Assembly: GCA_963664015.2 (NCBI GenBank)
Contig: CAXXLF010000002.1
Span: forward strand, 992,001 to 1,056,000
DNA from: Candidatus Binatia bacterium
Lineage (GTDB): Bacteria > Desulfobacterota > Binatia > UBA9968 > CAXXLF01
Length of the DNA stretch: 64,000 nt
Direction: 5' to 3'
Positions 52,116 to 64,000 of the stretch are shown here, piece after piece. Below the pieces are notes generated by a model. That model did no database searches. It was not told where the DNA came from and worked only from the letters and a program-made list of their open reading frames with translations. The first letter of the stretch is position 1. Every line of letters begins with the position of its first letter. Made by a program: the position numbers and the translations under genes.

Positions 52116-53156
52116 ATGAACGAGTCCGTAGAAGCTCTTCGGAAAGAGATGATGGAGCGCATAGAACGCTCCACCACAGAGGAGGAGATTGAGCAGCTAC
52201 GGCTAACCTATCTGGGCAGGAAGGGCAAGCTCACGCAAGAGCTTCGTACCCTAAAGGATTTGCCGCCGGAAGAGAGACCTCGTGTCGGCGAGCAATTGAA
52301 CCAGCTGAGACAGGAGCTGGAAAATTGGATCGAGGCACGTAGCCAGCAAGCCAAGGCACGGGAGAATGAACGAGTCCTCAGAGAGGACCGGACCGATATC
52401 ACCCTCCCAGGAAGCCGCCTCGAGCGGGGACACATCCATCCTATCACGCTCGTCCTGGATGAAGTGATCGATATCTTCTCGGCAATGGGCTTTGAGATCG
52501 CCAGGGGACCCGATATCGAAGACGATTACCACAATTTCGAGGCCCTCAACTTTCCCAAGGACCACCCGGCCCGCGACATGCAGGATACATTCTTCGTCTC
52601 CGACAATCTGCTTTTGAGAACTCACACCTCACCGGTTCAAATCCATGTGATGGAGGAGCGAAAGCCACCGCTCCAAATCATCGTCCCAGGCGCCGTATAC
52701 CGGCACGACGACGACTCGACCCACTCCCCTATCTTCCACCAGGTAGAGGGTTTCATGGTAGACGAACAGATCACCTTCGGTGATCTGAAAGGAGTCCTGG
52801 AAAACTTCCTGCGCCAAATCTTTCGTGCGGAGACTCCCGTACGGTTTCGTCCGAGTTTCTTTCCCTTCACCGAACCCAGTGCCGAGGTCGATATCGGCTG
52901 TCTGTTCTGCAGCGGCAAGGGAGTCTCTTCCAAGGGGGAAGGGTGTCGCGTTTGCAAAGGGACTGGGTGGCTGGAGATCCTGGGCTCTGGGATGATCGAT
53001 CCTGCAGTTTTCAAATTTGTAAAGTACGATTCCGAAAAGTTCTCGGGATTTGCCTTCGGCATGGGGATCGAGCGCATCGCCATGTTGAAATATGCCATCG
53101 AGGATATCCGGTTGTTCTATCAAAACGATATCCGATTCCTGCAACAATTTTGTTAG
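52116..53156 (+). CDS. pheS: Phenylalanyl-tRNA synthetase alpha subunit
   Basis: HPARDMQDTF, RTHTSPVQ, FHQVEG, FPFTEPS and GFAFGMGIER. Confidence 0.97.
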   Translation: MNESVEALRKEMMERIERSTTEEEIEQLRLTYLGRKGKLTQELRTLKDLPPEERPRVGEQLNQLRQELENWIEARSQQAKARENERVLREDRTDITLPGSRLERGHIHPITLVLDEVIDIFSAMGFEIARGPDIEDDYHNFEALNFPKDHPARDMQDTFFVSDNLLLRTHTSPVQIHVMEERKPPLQIIVPGAVYRHDDDSTHSPIFHQVEGFMVDEQITFGDLKGVLENFLRQIFRAETPVRFRPSFFPFTEPSAEVDIGCLFCSGKGVSSKGEGCRVCKGTGWLEILGSGMIDPAVFKFVKYDSEKFSGFAFGMGIERIAMLKYAIEDIRLFYQNDIRFLQQFC

Positions 53157-53178
53157 CCCCAATGGAAGAGATTCATCC

Positions 53179-55602
53179 GTGAAGTTCACTTATAACTGGC
53201 TCCGGGAATTCATTGACCTACCCACCGGTTACGCCGGCAACGGGGGAAAAGGCCCGCTAGCGGTTGCCGAGCTTTTGACGATGGCCGGACTCGAGGTCGA
53301 CTCCTTGAAACCCATTGGCATCGGATCCGAGATCGTAGTGGCTCTGGTAAAGGAGGCCCGCCCCCACCCACATTCGGACCATCTCTCACTGTGCTCCGTC
53401 GAGATTGAAGGTGAACAGCTACAGATTGTCTGCGGCGCCCCCAACGTCCGCACGGGGATCAAGGCCCCCCTGGCAAAGGCAGGCACGGCACTGCCCTCCG
53501 GGATAGAGCTTAAAGAGGTAACCATCCGGGGGGAGCTCTCCCAGGGGATGCTATGCTCCGAGAGGGAGCTCGAATTGTCCCGCGACCATGAAGGGATTAT
53601 GATATTGCCAGAAGACGCGCCTGTGGGGCGTCGGGTATTCTCCTACCTGGGGTTAGAGGACTGGGTTTTCGAGGTCGCCGTGACCCCTAACCGTGGCGAT
53701 TGCCTGGGAATCCACGGTATTGCCAGGGAACTTGGCGCCTTGACCGGTGGAAAGTTACGCCCCCCCCCCTCGGCACCCGTGGCCAAGGGTCCCCCATTAA
53801 ATCGAACGGTACAGGTCCACATCGAGGACTCTAAGCTCTGTCCTCGCTATTCGGCCAGGGTCGTGACCAATCTAAGCCCCCTTCCCTCGCCGTTATGGAT
53901 GCGTTACAGACTCGAAGCGTGCGGCGTCCGATCCATCAATACCATTGTAGATATCACTAACTATGTGATGCTCGAAACCGGCCAACCTCTTCACGCCTTC
54001 GATCTGGATCGACTGAAGTCACGGCGGATCGTCATTCGTCCAGCCAGCCGGCCAGTGAAATTCATGAGCCTGGATGGGATCGAAAGGGAACTGATCTCCG
54101 GAGATCTCTTGATTTGTGACGATGATGTTCCAGTGGCACTGGCCGGGATTATGGGTGGGTCCAATTCGGAGGTAAGCTCGGAAACCCGTTCCGTGCTGTT
54201 GGAGAGCGCTCACTTCGACCCACTGACAATTCGACGCACGGCCAAACGCCTAGGGCTCCACTCGGAGGCCTCCCATCGATTTGAAAGAAGGGTTGACCCC
54301 GAAGGGACTCTGGCTGCCCTGGACCGCGCGGTCTACCTGTTAGAGGAATTCGGAGGCGGAATGGCACTCAAAAGCACCGTCGACCGCTATCCCCGGAAGT
54401 TCAAGCCCTCAGCGATTGTGCTCAGGGACGAGAAAATAACTCGACTCCTAGGAATCGAGCTTCCACGGAGGTTCACTGAACGGACCCTCAAATCCATGGG
54501 GGTCACGATTCAGTCCCGCACCAAACAAAGCATGAAGGTGCTCCCACCGTCGTACCGTGCGGACCTTACTCGAGAGACTGATTTAATCGAAGATTTGGCA
54601 CAGCTCTACGGATATGAAAAGATTCCCGCCACCCTTCCTACTGCTAGGTCACGAGGCGGGAGAATTGATCCCTTTCTACGCTGGAGCCGGCGTCTACGCT
54701 CCTTCCTCGCCGGGCAGGGACTGGCCGAAGCGATCAACGTCCCCTTCACATCGACGGAAATGAACCGGTGCTTCCCAGGCCTCTGGGCCGGTGAATCAAG
54801 ACCGGTGGCGATCTTGAACCCCATCAAGCAGGAAAGCGCAGAAATGAGGTTGAGCTTGATTCCCGGATTGGCAGGGATCCTACGCACCCATGTGGATCAA
54901 AGGGCACAGAGCTTCTGGGCCTTTGAAATGGGAAAGGTCTTTCACAAGACCTCCCAGGGATCCTATGAAGAGAGAACCCATGTTTCGGCCCTCTTGTTCG
55001 GGAACCGAGTGCGCAGGGGACTGCGCGCCGAGACGAATACGGTCTCCTTCCTTGAGCTCAAAGGCCTGATCGAGGGTATTACCGAGATCACTGGAACGGA
55101 GGTTGATACCACGTGGGACGGCAACAACCCACCCCCATTTCTCCACCCAGGCAAAGCCGCCACCGTCGGGCAAAAGGGCCTAAAAATAGGCCATTTAGGA
55201 GAGCTCCACCCGGACCTCTGCGCCTCCCTGGGACTGCCTCCCTTTCTAGCTTTTGAACTTGACTTCGAGGGGTTGGTTAAGTATGCTCGCTTTGATTTTA
55301 CGGTCCATGCCCTCCCCAGATTTCCACCTGTTGAGCGGGACCTGGCCGTGGTTGTTGATGAAGGGTTTCCTGCTCAGCAAATTATCACTTGGATAAAAGG
55401 CCTTAATAACTCGCTGATTGAAACCGTGCAAATCTTTGACCAATACAGAGGCTCTCCCATTCCTAAAGGAAAAAAGAACCTGGCCTACTCGGTTTCTTAC
55501 CGGGCCGAGGATCGAACCTTAACCGATGATGAAATCAACACCATTCATGAGAATTTGACGGATAAGATGTGTCAGCAGTTTGGAGCCACGTTGAGAGGGT
55601 AA
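53179..55602 (+). CDS. pheT: Phenylalanyl-tRNA synthetase beta subunit
   Basis: GTG start at 53179 (MKFTYNWLREF), CGAPN, TPNRGDCL, GQPLHAFD and C-terminal FPPVERDLA. Confidence 0.96.
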   Translation: MKFTYNWLREFIDLPTGYAGNGGKGPLAVAELLTMAGLEVDSLKPIGIGSEIVVALVKEARPHPHSDHLSLCSVEIEGEQLQIVCGAPNVRTGIKAPLAKAGTALPSGIELKEVTIRGELSQGMLCSERELELSRDHEGIMILPEDAPVGRRVFSYLGLEDWVFEVAVTPNRGDCLGIHGIARELGALTGGKLRPPPSAPVAKGPPLNRTVQVHIEDSKLCPRYSARVVTNLSPLPSPLWMRYRLEACGVRSINTIVDITNYVMLETGQPLHAFDLDRLKSRRIVIRPASRPVKFMSLDGIERELISGDLLICDDDVPVALAGIMGGSNSEVSSETRSVLLESAHFDPLTIRRTAKRLGLHSEASHRFERRVDPEGTLAALDRAVYLLEEFGGGMALKSTVDRYPRKFKPSAIVLRDEKITRLLGIELPRRFTERTLKSMGVTIQSRTKQSMKVLPPSYRADLTRETDLIEDLAQLYGYEKIPATLPTARSRGGRIDPFLRWSRRLRSFLAGQGLAEAINVPFTSTEMNRCFPGLWAGESRPVAILNPIKQESAEMRLSLIPGLAGILRTHVDQRAQSFWAFEMGKVFHKTSQGSYEERTHVSALLFGNRVRRGLRAETNTVSFLELKGLIEGITEITGTEVDTTWDGNNPPPFLHPGKAATVGQKGLKIGHLGELHPDLCASLGLPPFLAFELDFEGLVKYARFDFTVHALPRFPPVERDLAVVVDEGFPAQQIITWIKGLNNSLIETVQIFDQYRGSPIPKGKKNLAYSVSYRAEDRTLTDDEINTIHENLTDKMCQQFGATLRG

Positions 55603-55630
55603 GGACGAAAAATCATTAGGGAGTCGAACC

Positions 55631-55915
55631 ATGACCAAGGCTGATATTATCACCCGGATTTATGAAAAAGTCGGGTTTTCTAAAAAGGAAGCTACCGACG
55701 TCGTTGAGATTACCTTTGAAATCATCAAATCCCGGCTCGAACAGGGGGAAAAGGTCAAAATTTCTGGATTCGGGAATTTTGACGTCAACACCAAAAACCC
55801 TCGCAAGGGCCGGAATCCCCAAACAGGCGACGAGATTACGATCAAGGGCCGCCGGGTCCTCACTTTTAAACCGAGCCAGATTTTGAAAAAGAGCATCAAT
55901 AACACCACATCCTGA
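55631..55915 (+). CDS. ihfA: Integration host factor alpha subunit
   Basis: MTKADI..KISGFGNF..RKGRNPQTG; follows pheT. Confidence 0.93.
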   Translation: MTKADIITRIYEKVGFSKKEATDVVEITFEIIKSRLEQGEKVKISGFGNFDVNTKNPRKGRNPQTGDEITIKGRRVLTFKPSQILKKSINNTTS

Positions 55916-55924
55916 TCAAATTCC

Positions 55925-56278
55925 ATGCCCCCCAGTCTTCCTGATAAACTCTACTTTAAGATCGGAGAAGTGAGCAACCTCGTTGGCGTTAAACCCTACG
56001 TGCTGCGTTACTGGGAGACCGAGTTCGAAGTCCTCAAACCAGGCAAGGCCCCTTCACGCCACCGGCTTTACAAAAAAAAGGACGTTGAACTCCTTCTGGA
56101 GATAAAAAAGCTACTCTATTCGGAAGGCTATACAATCGAAGGGGCGCGAAAAAAGCTCAAAGAGGGCAAGAAGGAAGACCGTCGGCAGCTCCGGCTTCCT
56201 CTCTCGGAGAGCGGGTACCGTAACACTCTCGTCAAGATCAAAAAAGACCTTCAGTCACTCCACAAAAAGCTTACCTAG
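55925..56278 (+). CDS. MerR-family HTH regulator (conserved downstream of ihfA)
   Basis: [28 protein letters not shown]. Confidence 0.92.
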   Translation: MPPSLPDKLYFKIGEVSNLVGVKPYVLRYWETEFEVLKPGKAPSRHRLYKKKDVELLLEIKKLLYSEGYTIEGARKKLKEGKKEDRRQLRLPLSESGYRNTLVKIKKDLQSLHKKLT

Positions 56279-56365
56279 CTAGGTAAGCTAGATTCGATCA
56301 TCGATCCAAGACACCATTAACAGCAGGTTTCGCATACCGGATAGTGGCCAGACCTGGTATATTGA

Positions 56366-57094
56366 CTAATCCCGAATTGCAAGGTGACCGTCTTCCACGG
56401 TCAGCAGGTGACCGGTGAATTCCATTCCCGCCTCCGCGGCGAGAACAAACCAACTCCCCATGGATTCTGCGCCACGCAAGCGCTGCCGGAACTCCTCTGG
56501 TGCGTCTTCCGTAGCGATAATTCCTCCTGGGGATACCGCCACGATGCAGATATTCCATTCCCTTTCCTCTTCCGCTACGTAACGCGTAAAGGTACGGATC
56601 GCTTCCTTGGACACCACATAGGCACAACCCCCTGGTGTACGCACATTGCCACCGCCATGGAGGTTCACAACGTGTCCAACGCCCCGTGTTTCCATATGAG
56701 GCAAGACGTGCTTGGTGCAGAGGAAGGTTCCCCCTAAATTGGTCTCGATCACCCGGTCCCAAAATGCTTTATCCATATCGCAGATGGGGCTCCAGTTGGT
56801 CGCCCAGGTGAAGTGGGTCACCACTCCTGCATTATTGATCAGAATATCGATTCGACCGAATTGGTCCATCACCCGGTCAACCATACGGCAGACCTCGGAT
56901 TCTTCACGAACATCGGCCTTAATCGCAATCACTTCTGGGTCGATTCTTGCGACTTCCGCCTGCACCCGCTGGAGACGGCCAGCATCCTTTCCCACCAGAA
57001 CAACCTTGGCCCCTTCCCGTGCGAAGGATTGGGATACGGCCCTACCAATCCCCCTTGTTGCTCCGGTGATAACAATAACTTTCCCCTGCAACAT
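56366..57094 (-). CDS. Short-chain dehydrogenase/reductase
   Basis: TGATRGIG, NNAG and YVVSK. Confidence 0.88.
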   Translation of the reverse strand: MLQGKVIVITGATRGIGRAVSQSFAREGAKVVLVGKDAGRLQRVQAEVARIDPEVIAIKADVREESEVCRMVDRVMDQFGRIDILINNAGVVTHFTWATNWSPICDMDKAFWDRVIETNLGGTFLCTKHVLPHMETRGVGHVVNLHGGGNVRTPGGCAYVVSKEAIRTFTRYVAEEEREWNICIVAVSPGGIIATEDAPEEFRQRLRGAESMGSWFVLAAEAGMEFTGHLLTVEDGHLAIRD

Positions 57095-57390
57095 ACCCCC
57101 CCCACTAACCGGCCCCTTCGGCCCGTGCCCGATTGCAGCATACTCGAATTGCCCATTGCCCTACCCATCCCAGCCGCCGAACCGCCGAGCCCAATATTGC
57201 CACAACCCAGATTTTACGACAAACAAAAGGATCTGCACCGGTAAAAGCGGATCTGAAAAGAGAGAGGCGGTCGAGGTGCCTAACGTTAAAGAGGCAGTTA
57301 AAAACTATCCGTATCTGTAAATCGACCGGCGAATTTCAAAAGACCGGGGTCAATCAAGCAAAGGGGAAAGTTGCCGCTTCTCCCCTTTGA

Positions 57391-57478
57391 AAACCCCGTC
57401 GGTCCTTCGACTTTGCTCAGGATGGTGAGCTTGTCGAACCACTTTGTGCTCGCCTCAAGAGGCGGGTTTTAACCTCGA
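57391..57478. repeat. Composite ~90-bp intergenic repeat, copy B2
   Basis: Near-identical to 40040-40135. Confidence 0.88.
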
Positions 57479-57529
57479 ATTGACCTAAAGGATTAGGAAT
57501 GTTACATAAACTTCTGGTGGATCGGTCGT

Positions 57530-57606
57530 CGGGGCGTAGCGCAGCCTGGTAGCGCACACGCTTGGGGTGCGTGAGGTCGCTGGTTCAAATCCAGTCGCCC
57601 CGACCA
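57530..57606 (+). tRNA. tRNA-Pro(GGG)
   Basis: Acceptor stem cggggcg/cgccccg, anticodon arm cacgc-ttGGGgt-gcgtg, GGTTCAAATCC and encoded CCA. Confidence 0.97.
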
Positions 57607-57616
57607 CTTTTCAGCA

Positions 57617-58354
57617 ATGGCACCAAACTCCTATGGATTGGATGAATTAGGTGCGAGGGACGCGAGGAATGCCAATCCTCCATCAAGGGTGAAGCAACTA
57701 GATCCATTTTCAAAAGCGATTCATAACGCGCGGGAACGGATGGTTCGTGAGCACCTTGTGGAAAGGGGCATAGAAGACCGGCGCGTTCTGAAGGCCATGG
57801 CCAAGATTCCCAGGCATCTGTTTGTAGAGAGTGCCCTGGCGGATCGAGCCTATGACGACGAGCCCCTGCCCATTGGCGAGCGACAAACCATCTCACAACC
57901 CTATACGGTAGGCTTAATGACCGAGGCCCTGGAACTCAAAGGGGGAGAGAAGGTCCTGGAGGTCGGCACCGGATCGGCCTACCAAACCTCTGTCCTTGCT
58001 GAGCTTTGTCTCAACGTCTTTTCGGTCGAAAAATTCTATTCCCTAGCCGAGCGAGCCCGTGTTATCCTAGATGAGTTGAACTACTACAACGTGGCGCTGC
58101 ATGTCGGGGACGGGACCTTGGGTTGGCCTGAGCATGCCCCCTACGATGCCATCATTGTAACCGCAGGTTCTCCAGAAGTCCCTGGCCCGTTGTTAGGGCA
58201 ACTGTCGATACGCGGGAAACTGGTCGTTCCCATTGGCACCGAGCAGGGGCAAACGCTCAAACGTTTCCGACGGACCATTGCCGGTGTAAAAGAAGAGGGC
58301 TTGGGGAATTGTCGTTTTGTTAAGCTCATGGGGAAATACGGTTGGGCTGGATAA
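57617..58354 (+). CDS. pcm: Protein-L-isoaspartate O-methyltransferase
   Basis: PRHLFV..AY.D.PLPIG..QTISQPY, LEVGTGS.YQ and [15 protein letters not shown]. Start uncertain. Confidence 0.93.
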   Translation: MAPNSYGLDELGARDARNANPPSRVKQLDPFSKAIHNARERMVREHLVERGIEDRRVLKAMAKIPRHLFVESALADRAYDDEPLPIGERQTISQPYTVGLMTEALELKGGEKVLEVGTGSAYQTSVLAELCLNVFSVEKFYSLAERARVILDELNYYNVALHVGDGTLGWPEHAPYDAIIVTAGSPEVPGPLLGQLSIRGKLVVPIGTEQGQTLKRFRRTIAGVKEEGLGNCRFVKLMGKYGWAG

Positions 58355-59057
58355 GCGCAGCGGTGGCTTTTTCTGCCTCCTCCTGATTTCTCTATTCCTG
58401 TTCCAGGCTTGCGTCCCTCAAAGCCGGGTTCCATCCCGGCAAAAAAACAAGGGGATCTACCACCTGGTCAAGCCCAGGGAGAACCTTTTCCGAATCGGTA
58501 AGGCTTACGATATCGATTACAAGACCCTGGCCCGAATCAACCGGATCCGCCACCCGAATCAAGTACGGGCGGGCCAGCGGCTCTTCATCCCAGGAGCCAG
58601 TCGTCCACTGCCCGTACAAATCATCACCCCGTCGAAAACCACACTGAAGCGCCCTTTGCCCTCGCCAACCCGGGGCAAAGCGAAAGAAGGATATCGCTGG
58701 CCTATTCGAGGTAGGATCACTTCAAGATTCGGCCCTCGCGGCAGGACGTTCCATGACGGGATCGACATTGCAGCTCGCACGGGAACCCCCATCCGGGCTA
58801 TCGCAGGAGGCAAAATCATCTTCAGCGATAAACTTCGTGGTTATGGGAACCTCGTTATCGTGCAACACCCCCAGCGAACCGTCTCGGTTTACGCCCATAA
58901 CCGGCGCAACCTCGCCAAAAAAGGGAAGCGGGTAAATCGAGGCGAAGTGATTGCCGAGGTAGGAAGTACCGGTCGTATCACCGGACCTCATCTCCACCTC
59001 GAGATACGGAAAAACAACGTGGCGACCAATCCGCTTTATTATTTGCCCAAGTTGTGA
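58317..59057 (+). CDS. LysM + M23 peptidase lipoprotein (NlpD-like)
   Basis: FQAC lipobox, LysM domain (YHLVKPRENLFRIG), HDGIDI, YAHN and GPHLHLEIR. Start uncertain. Confidence 0.9.
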   Translation: MLSSWGNTVGLDKRSGGFFCLLLISLFLFQACVPQSRVPSRQKNKGIYHLVKPRENLFRIGKAYDIDYKTLARINRIRHPNQVRAGQRLFIPGASRPLPVQIITPSKTTLKRPLPSPTRGKAKEGYRWPIRGRITSRFGPRGRTFHDGIDIAARTGTPIRAIAGGKIIFSDKLRGYGNLVIVQHPQRTVSVYAHNRRNLAKKGKRVNRGEVIAEVGSTGRITGPHLHLEIRKNNVATNPLYYLPKL

Positions 59058-59070
59058 TAGCTGAAGTTTC

Positions 59071-59607
59071 ATGGAAGAAGTTATTCGAGATATCCGTCAG
59101 GCGATTCGGGATATACCTGATTTTCCGAAGCCCGGAATTGTCTACAAGGACATCACCCCTCTGCTCAACAATGGCCCCCTTTTCAAGAGAACCATTAATC
59201 TTTTAGCAGAACGTTATCAGTCCCAGGCTGTGGATACGGTTGTCGGCATCGAGTCCCGCGGGTTCATCATCGGGTCTGCTCTCGCCTACGCTCTGGGAGC
59301 AGGCTTCTGTATCGCGCGCAAACCGGGCAAACTGCCCTACGAGACCCACGCCGCAAGTTACGAGCTGGAATACGGGTCCGACTCTCTGGAAATGCACCGC
59401 GACGGTCTGGCGCCCGGCTCCCGCGTCATTATCGTCGACGATCTGATCGCCACTGGCGGGACAGCCGCCGCAGCAGCCAGCCTGGTCTCCAGGCTCTCTG
59501 GTGAGTTGATCGAACTTGCCTTCGTCCTCGAGTTGTCCTTCCTCAAGGGTCGTGAAAAGCTAACCCCCCAAGGGGTTTATTCGCTGGTCAGTTTTGACTC
59601 GGAATAA
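59071..59607 (+). CDS. apt: Adenine phosphoribosyltransferase
   Basis: IPDFPKPGI..DITPLL, ESRGF, RKPGKLP and VDDLIATGGT. Confidence 0.96.
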   Translation: MEEVIRDIRQAIRDIPDFPKPGIVYKDITPLLNNGPLFKRTINLLAERYQSQAVDTVVGIESRGFIIGSALAYALGAGFCIARKPGKLPYETHAASYELEYGSDSLEMHRDGLAPGSRVIIVDDLIATGGTAAAAASLVSRLSGELIELAFVLELSFLKGREKLTPQGVYSLVSFDSE

Positions 59608-59609
59608 TT

Positions 59610-59730
59610 GCCGAAAATGAAGCCTCCACGGGTATACGCCCGTGGTATCCTTTCTTATCTTCGGCGGAATCCGCAGTCGCACCCTCCTTACCAACTCCGC
59701 CGAAGCAACTGCTTCGGCTGCGAATGCGGG
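59610..59730. repeat. Palindrome cluster resembling a non-autonomous IS200/IS605 derivative
   Basis: Hairpins ccacggg-tatacg-cccgtgg, cttcggcgga/tccgccgaag and gccgaagca/tgcttcggc. Confidence 0.55.
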
Positions 59731-59864
59731 AACGAAAGTCAGAATCTCTGAATAGGCACCTGGACCGGATTCTGAATAGACCATTGAACCTCTCGCCATT
59801 CCTTGACAATGACTGTTAATGCTTTATACGTGTAGGGGGGTAAAATTAAAAAAAGAAAAGCTCT

Positions 59865-62403
<2,539 letters not shown>

Positions 62404-62411
62404 CCAACCGG

Positions 62412-63794
62412 CTATTTGACGTACTTGCTGACATCCACCCGAGCCAGGGCATCCTCGGGGACTTCGTTTCGAATAGGGAACTCTCCTTTGAGCGGCTTGG
62501 TCGCATCGATAATCGCCACCGCATCACCCAACCAGCCGCGAAAGCTCTGGACTTTACCAATGACTTCCAGATCTTCATCCCAGTGGGTGCGGCTCCCTAC
62601 CGCCCAGAGGACCTCCCTTTCGTTAAACACATCGACGTCCTCGTCTACAACCACTGCCAGTTTGAGATTGGGCATCTCAACGAAGGCCTGCATGGCGGCT
62701 TTTCGTGGCTCATTATCAAACCTCTTTTTTATCGAAATATAGCTGATCATTCGACTACAACCCGACGGCGGAAGATTAACCGCTGTTACTCCCGGCACGT
62801 TTTTTTTAATGCTTTTGAACACGCTGGCCTCTTTGGGAATTCCACCGAGAAGCCAATGGTCCATCTGGCCGGCCCAAATATCCTGAAGAATAGCGTTTTT
62901 CCTATGTGTGATAGCTGTGACTTCGATAACGGGAACATTCATCTGCGCCTGATAGTAGCCCATGACCTCACCGAAGGGGTTTTGTGATTCCCGCACGTTG
63001 GGAAGCACCTCTCCCTCAATGATGATTTCGGCATCCGCAGGAACGAGGAACTCATCCTTCCAAGTTTCCGACGCAGTCAGACGTAACGGTTCGCCGACAA
63101 AGGCAGAGGCCGTCTCGTAATCATCATTACCGTAAGGAGTCATACAACACGACGAGAGATAAAAGGCCGGGTGATGTCCCAAAACAACAATCACCGGAGC
63201 CCGCTGGTTCTTTTTTTCGTATTCCGTAACCATGGTTTCCAGATGATGGTGAGCGTGGGCCGAAAAACTCATGCGCCGCGGACCGATGAACATGTTCTTG
63301 GTGAACGTGATGTCATAGAACCCGCCTTCGGGACTCTTCATGGCGCAGGCCATGGTGAAATAGGGGGCCGCATCATCTTTGTGGTGCATCGGTATAGGAA
63401 GGGTTCGCAGGTCCACCTGATCCTTTTTAATAACGACCTCCTTGCAGGGAGCCGTCCCGCTGGCTACGACCTTCGTCTCTCCCTTTTGCTGCTCCCGTCG
63501 CGAAATCTCCAGACCCAGATCCATACTGGACTTGAGATCGCCCATACCCAGGGCATCCGCGCAGAACTGGCGTGTAACAAACGGGTTATAGAAAAGTGGT
63601 ATAGGAGACGGCCCCCCCCCCAAAGTGAGAACCTTTTCAAAGAGGACCATTTTCTCGATACCCCTCTGATCCAACTGCTTCAGAAAGGCAATGGTCTCAA
63701 ACCGGTTAGGATCAATGGTCTCCTTGACCCGGATGACCGACCCTGGCCTCTTTTCTTCCTCCATGGCGAGGAAGCTCTGCAGATCCTGACTCAT
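62412..63794 (-). CDS. UbiD-family (de)carboxylase
   Basis: DLRTLPIP.H...D..PY, VPADAEIIIEG, PFGEVMGYY and VVVDEDVDVF...EVLWA; no ubiX in the window. Confidence 0.88.
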   Translation of the reverse strand: MSQDLQSFLAMEEEKRPGSVIRVKETIDPNRFETIAFLKQLDQRGIEKMVLFEKVLTLGGGPSPIPLFYNPFVTRQFCADALGMGDLKSSMDLGLEISRREQQKGETKVVASGTAPCKEVVIKKDQVDLRTLPIPMHHKDDAAPYFTMACAMKSPEGGFYDITFTKNMFIGPRRMSFSAHAHHHLETMVTEYEKKNQRAPVIVVLGHHPAFYLSSCCMTPYGNDDYETASAFVGEPLRLTASETWKDEFLVPADAEIIIEGEVLPNVRESQNPFGEVMGYYQAQMNVPVIEVTAITHRKNAILQDIWAGQMDHWLLGGIPKEASVFKSIKKNVPGVTAVNLPPSGCSRMISYISIKKRFDNEPRKAAMQAFVEMPNLKLAVVVDEDVDVFNEREVLWAVGSRTHWDEDLEVIGKVQSFRGWLGDAVAIIDATKPLKGEFPIRNEVPEDALARVDVSKYVK

Positions 63795-63940
63795 ACCTCT
63801 CCTCCTGTTAATTTTTCAGCGCGTTGTCCTTGGTGGCTTAATTCCTAGCAGTACTACCTTGCCCGGAGATTTGAGTCAAATGGACGGGTTTGTACACCAA
63901 TTAACGTGGCATTATGCTATGGAGAGAGTGATCTTAAGGC

Positions 63941-64000
63941 GTGAACGGACTTGAAGATATACCTGGGGTGGGTCCTTCCCAACGGGAACGCATCGAGCGG
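63941..64000 (+). CDS. Possible start of a gene running off the window
   Basis: GTG..LEDIPGVGPSQRERIER stays open to the edge; IPGVGP resembles an HhH motif. Confidence 0.35.
   Translation, partial: MNGLEDIPGVGPSQRERIER

Noticed and set aside
1599-57478. CRISPR array suggested by ~40-bp palindromic repeats
   Set aside because: Copies are isolated and kilobases apart, with no repeat-spacer periodicity and no cas genes.
48855-57606. tRNA-anchored prophage or integrative island
   Set aside because: No integrase or duplicated tRNA 3' end was seen, and housekeeping genes follow both tRNAs directly.

Overview
A 64-kb window from a moderately GC-rich bacterial chromosome. The gene content points to a deltaproteobacterium-like lineage, plausibly Binatota; this is an inference from the phthalate-type Rieske oxygenase, two amidohydrolase-2 proteins, orphan ABC solute-binding proteins, a UbiD homolog and the thrS-infC-rpmI-rplT-pheST-ihfA-merR-tRNA-Pro-pcm-nlpD-apt block. 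Segment 1-22.9 kb is mostly intact metabolism: MoxR, PgeF, M24 peptidase/GDPD/HEAT operon with a broken histidine kinase, acyl-CoA carboxylase, tatBC, HDAC, fabF-fabH, pncB-pyrE, a lone PaaA-like diiron protein with ETF, an amidohydrolase and a Rieske oxygenase. Segment ~22.9-40 kb is accessory and heavily decayed: an AT-rich subtilase islet with IS630 and resolvase remnants, a broken propeller-lysyl-oxidase fusion, asnB with an internal stop coupled to a large methyltransferase, and broken chrA and comM. Segment 40.2-64 kb is intact housekeeping with two tRNAs. No CRISPR array, rRNA or intact transposase was seen. The best candidates for undescribed biology are (i) a stand-alone promoter / strong SD / 14-codon ORF / structured RNA / terminator unit at 1.8-2.0 kb, (ii) the lone PaaA-like oxygenase + 63-aa protein + ETF locus, (iii) the asnB + 429-aa methyltransferase pair with a structured leader, (iv) a secreted beta-propeller/lysyl-oxidase fusion, and (v) a uORF/terminator attenuator before guaBA. 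Nested REP/MITE-like repeats occur in several intergenic regions. The window may be a MAG/SAG scaffold, so some lesions and junctions could be assembly artefacts.
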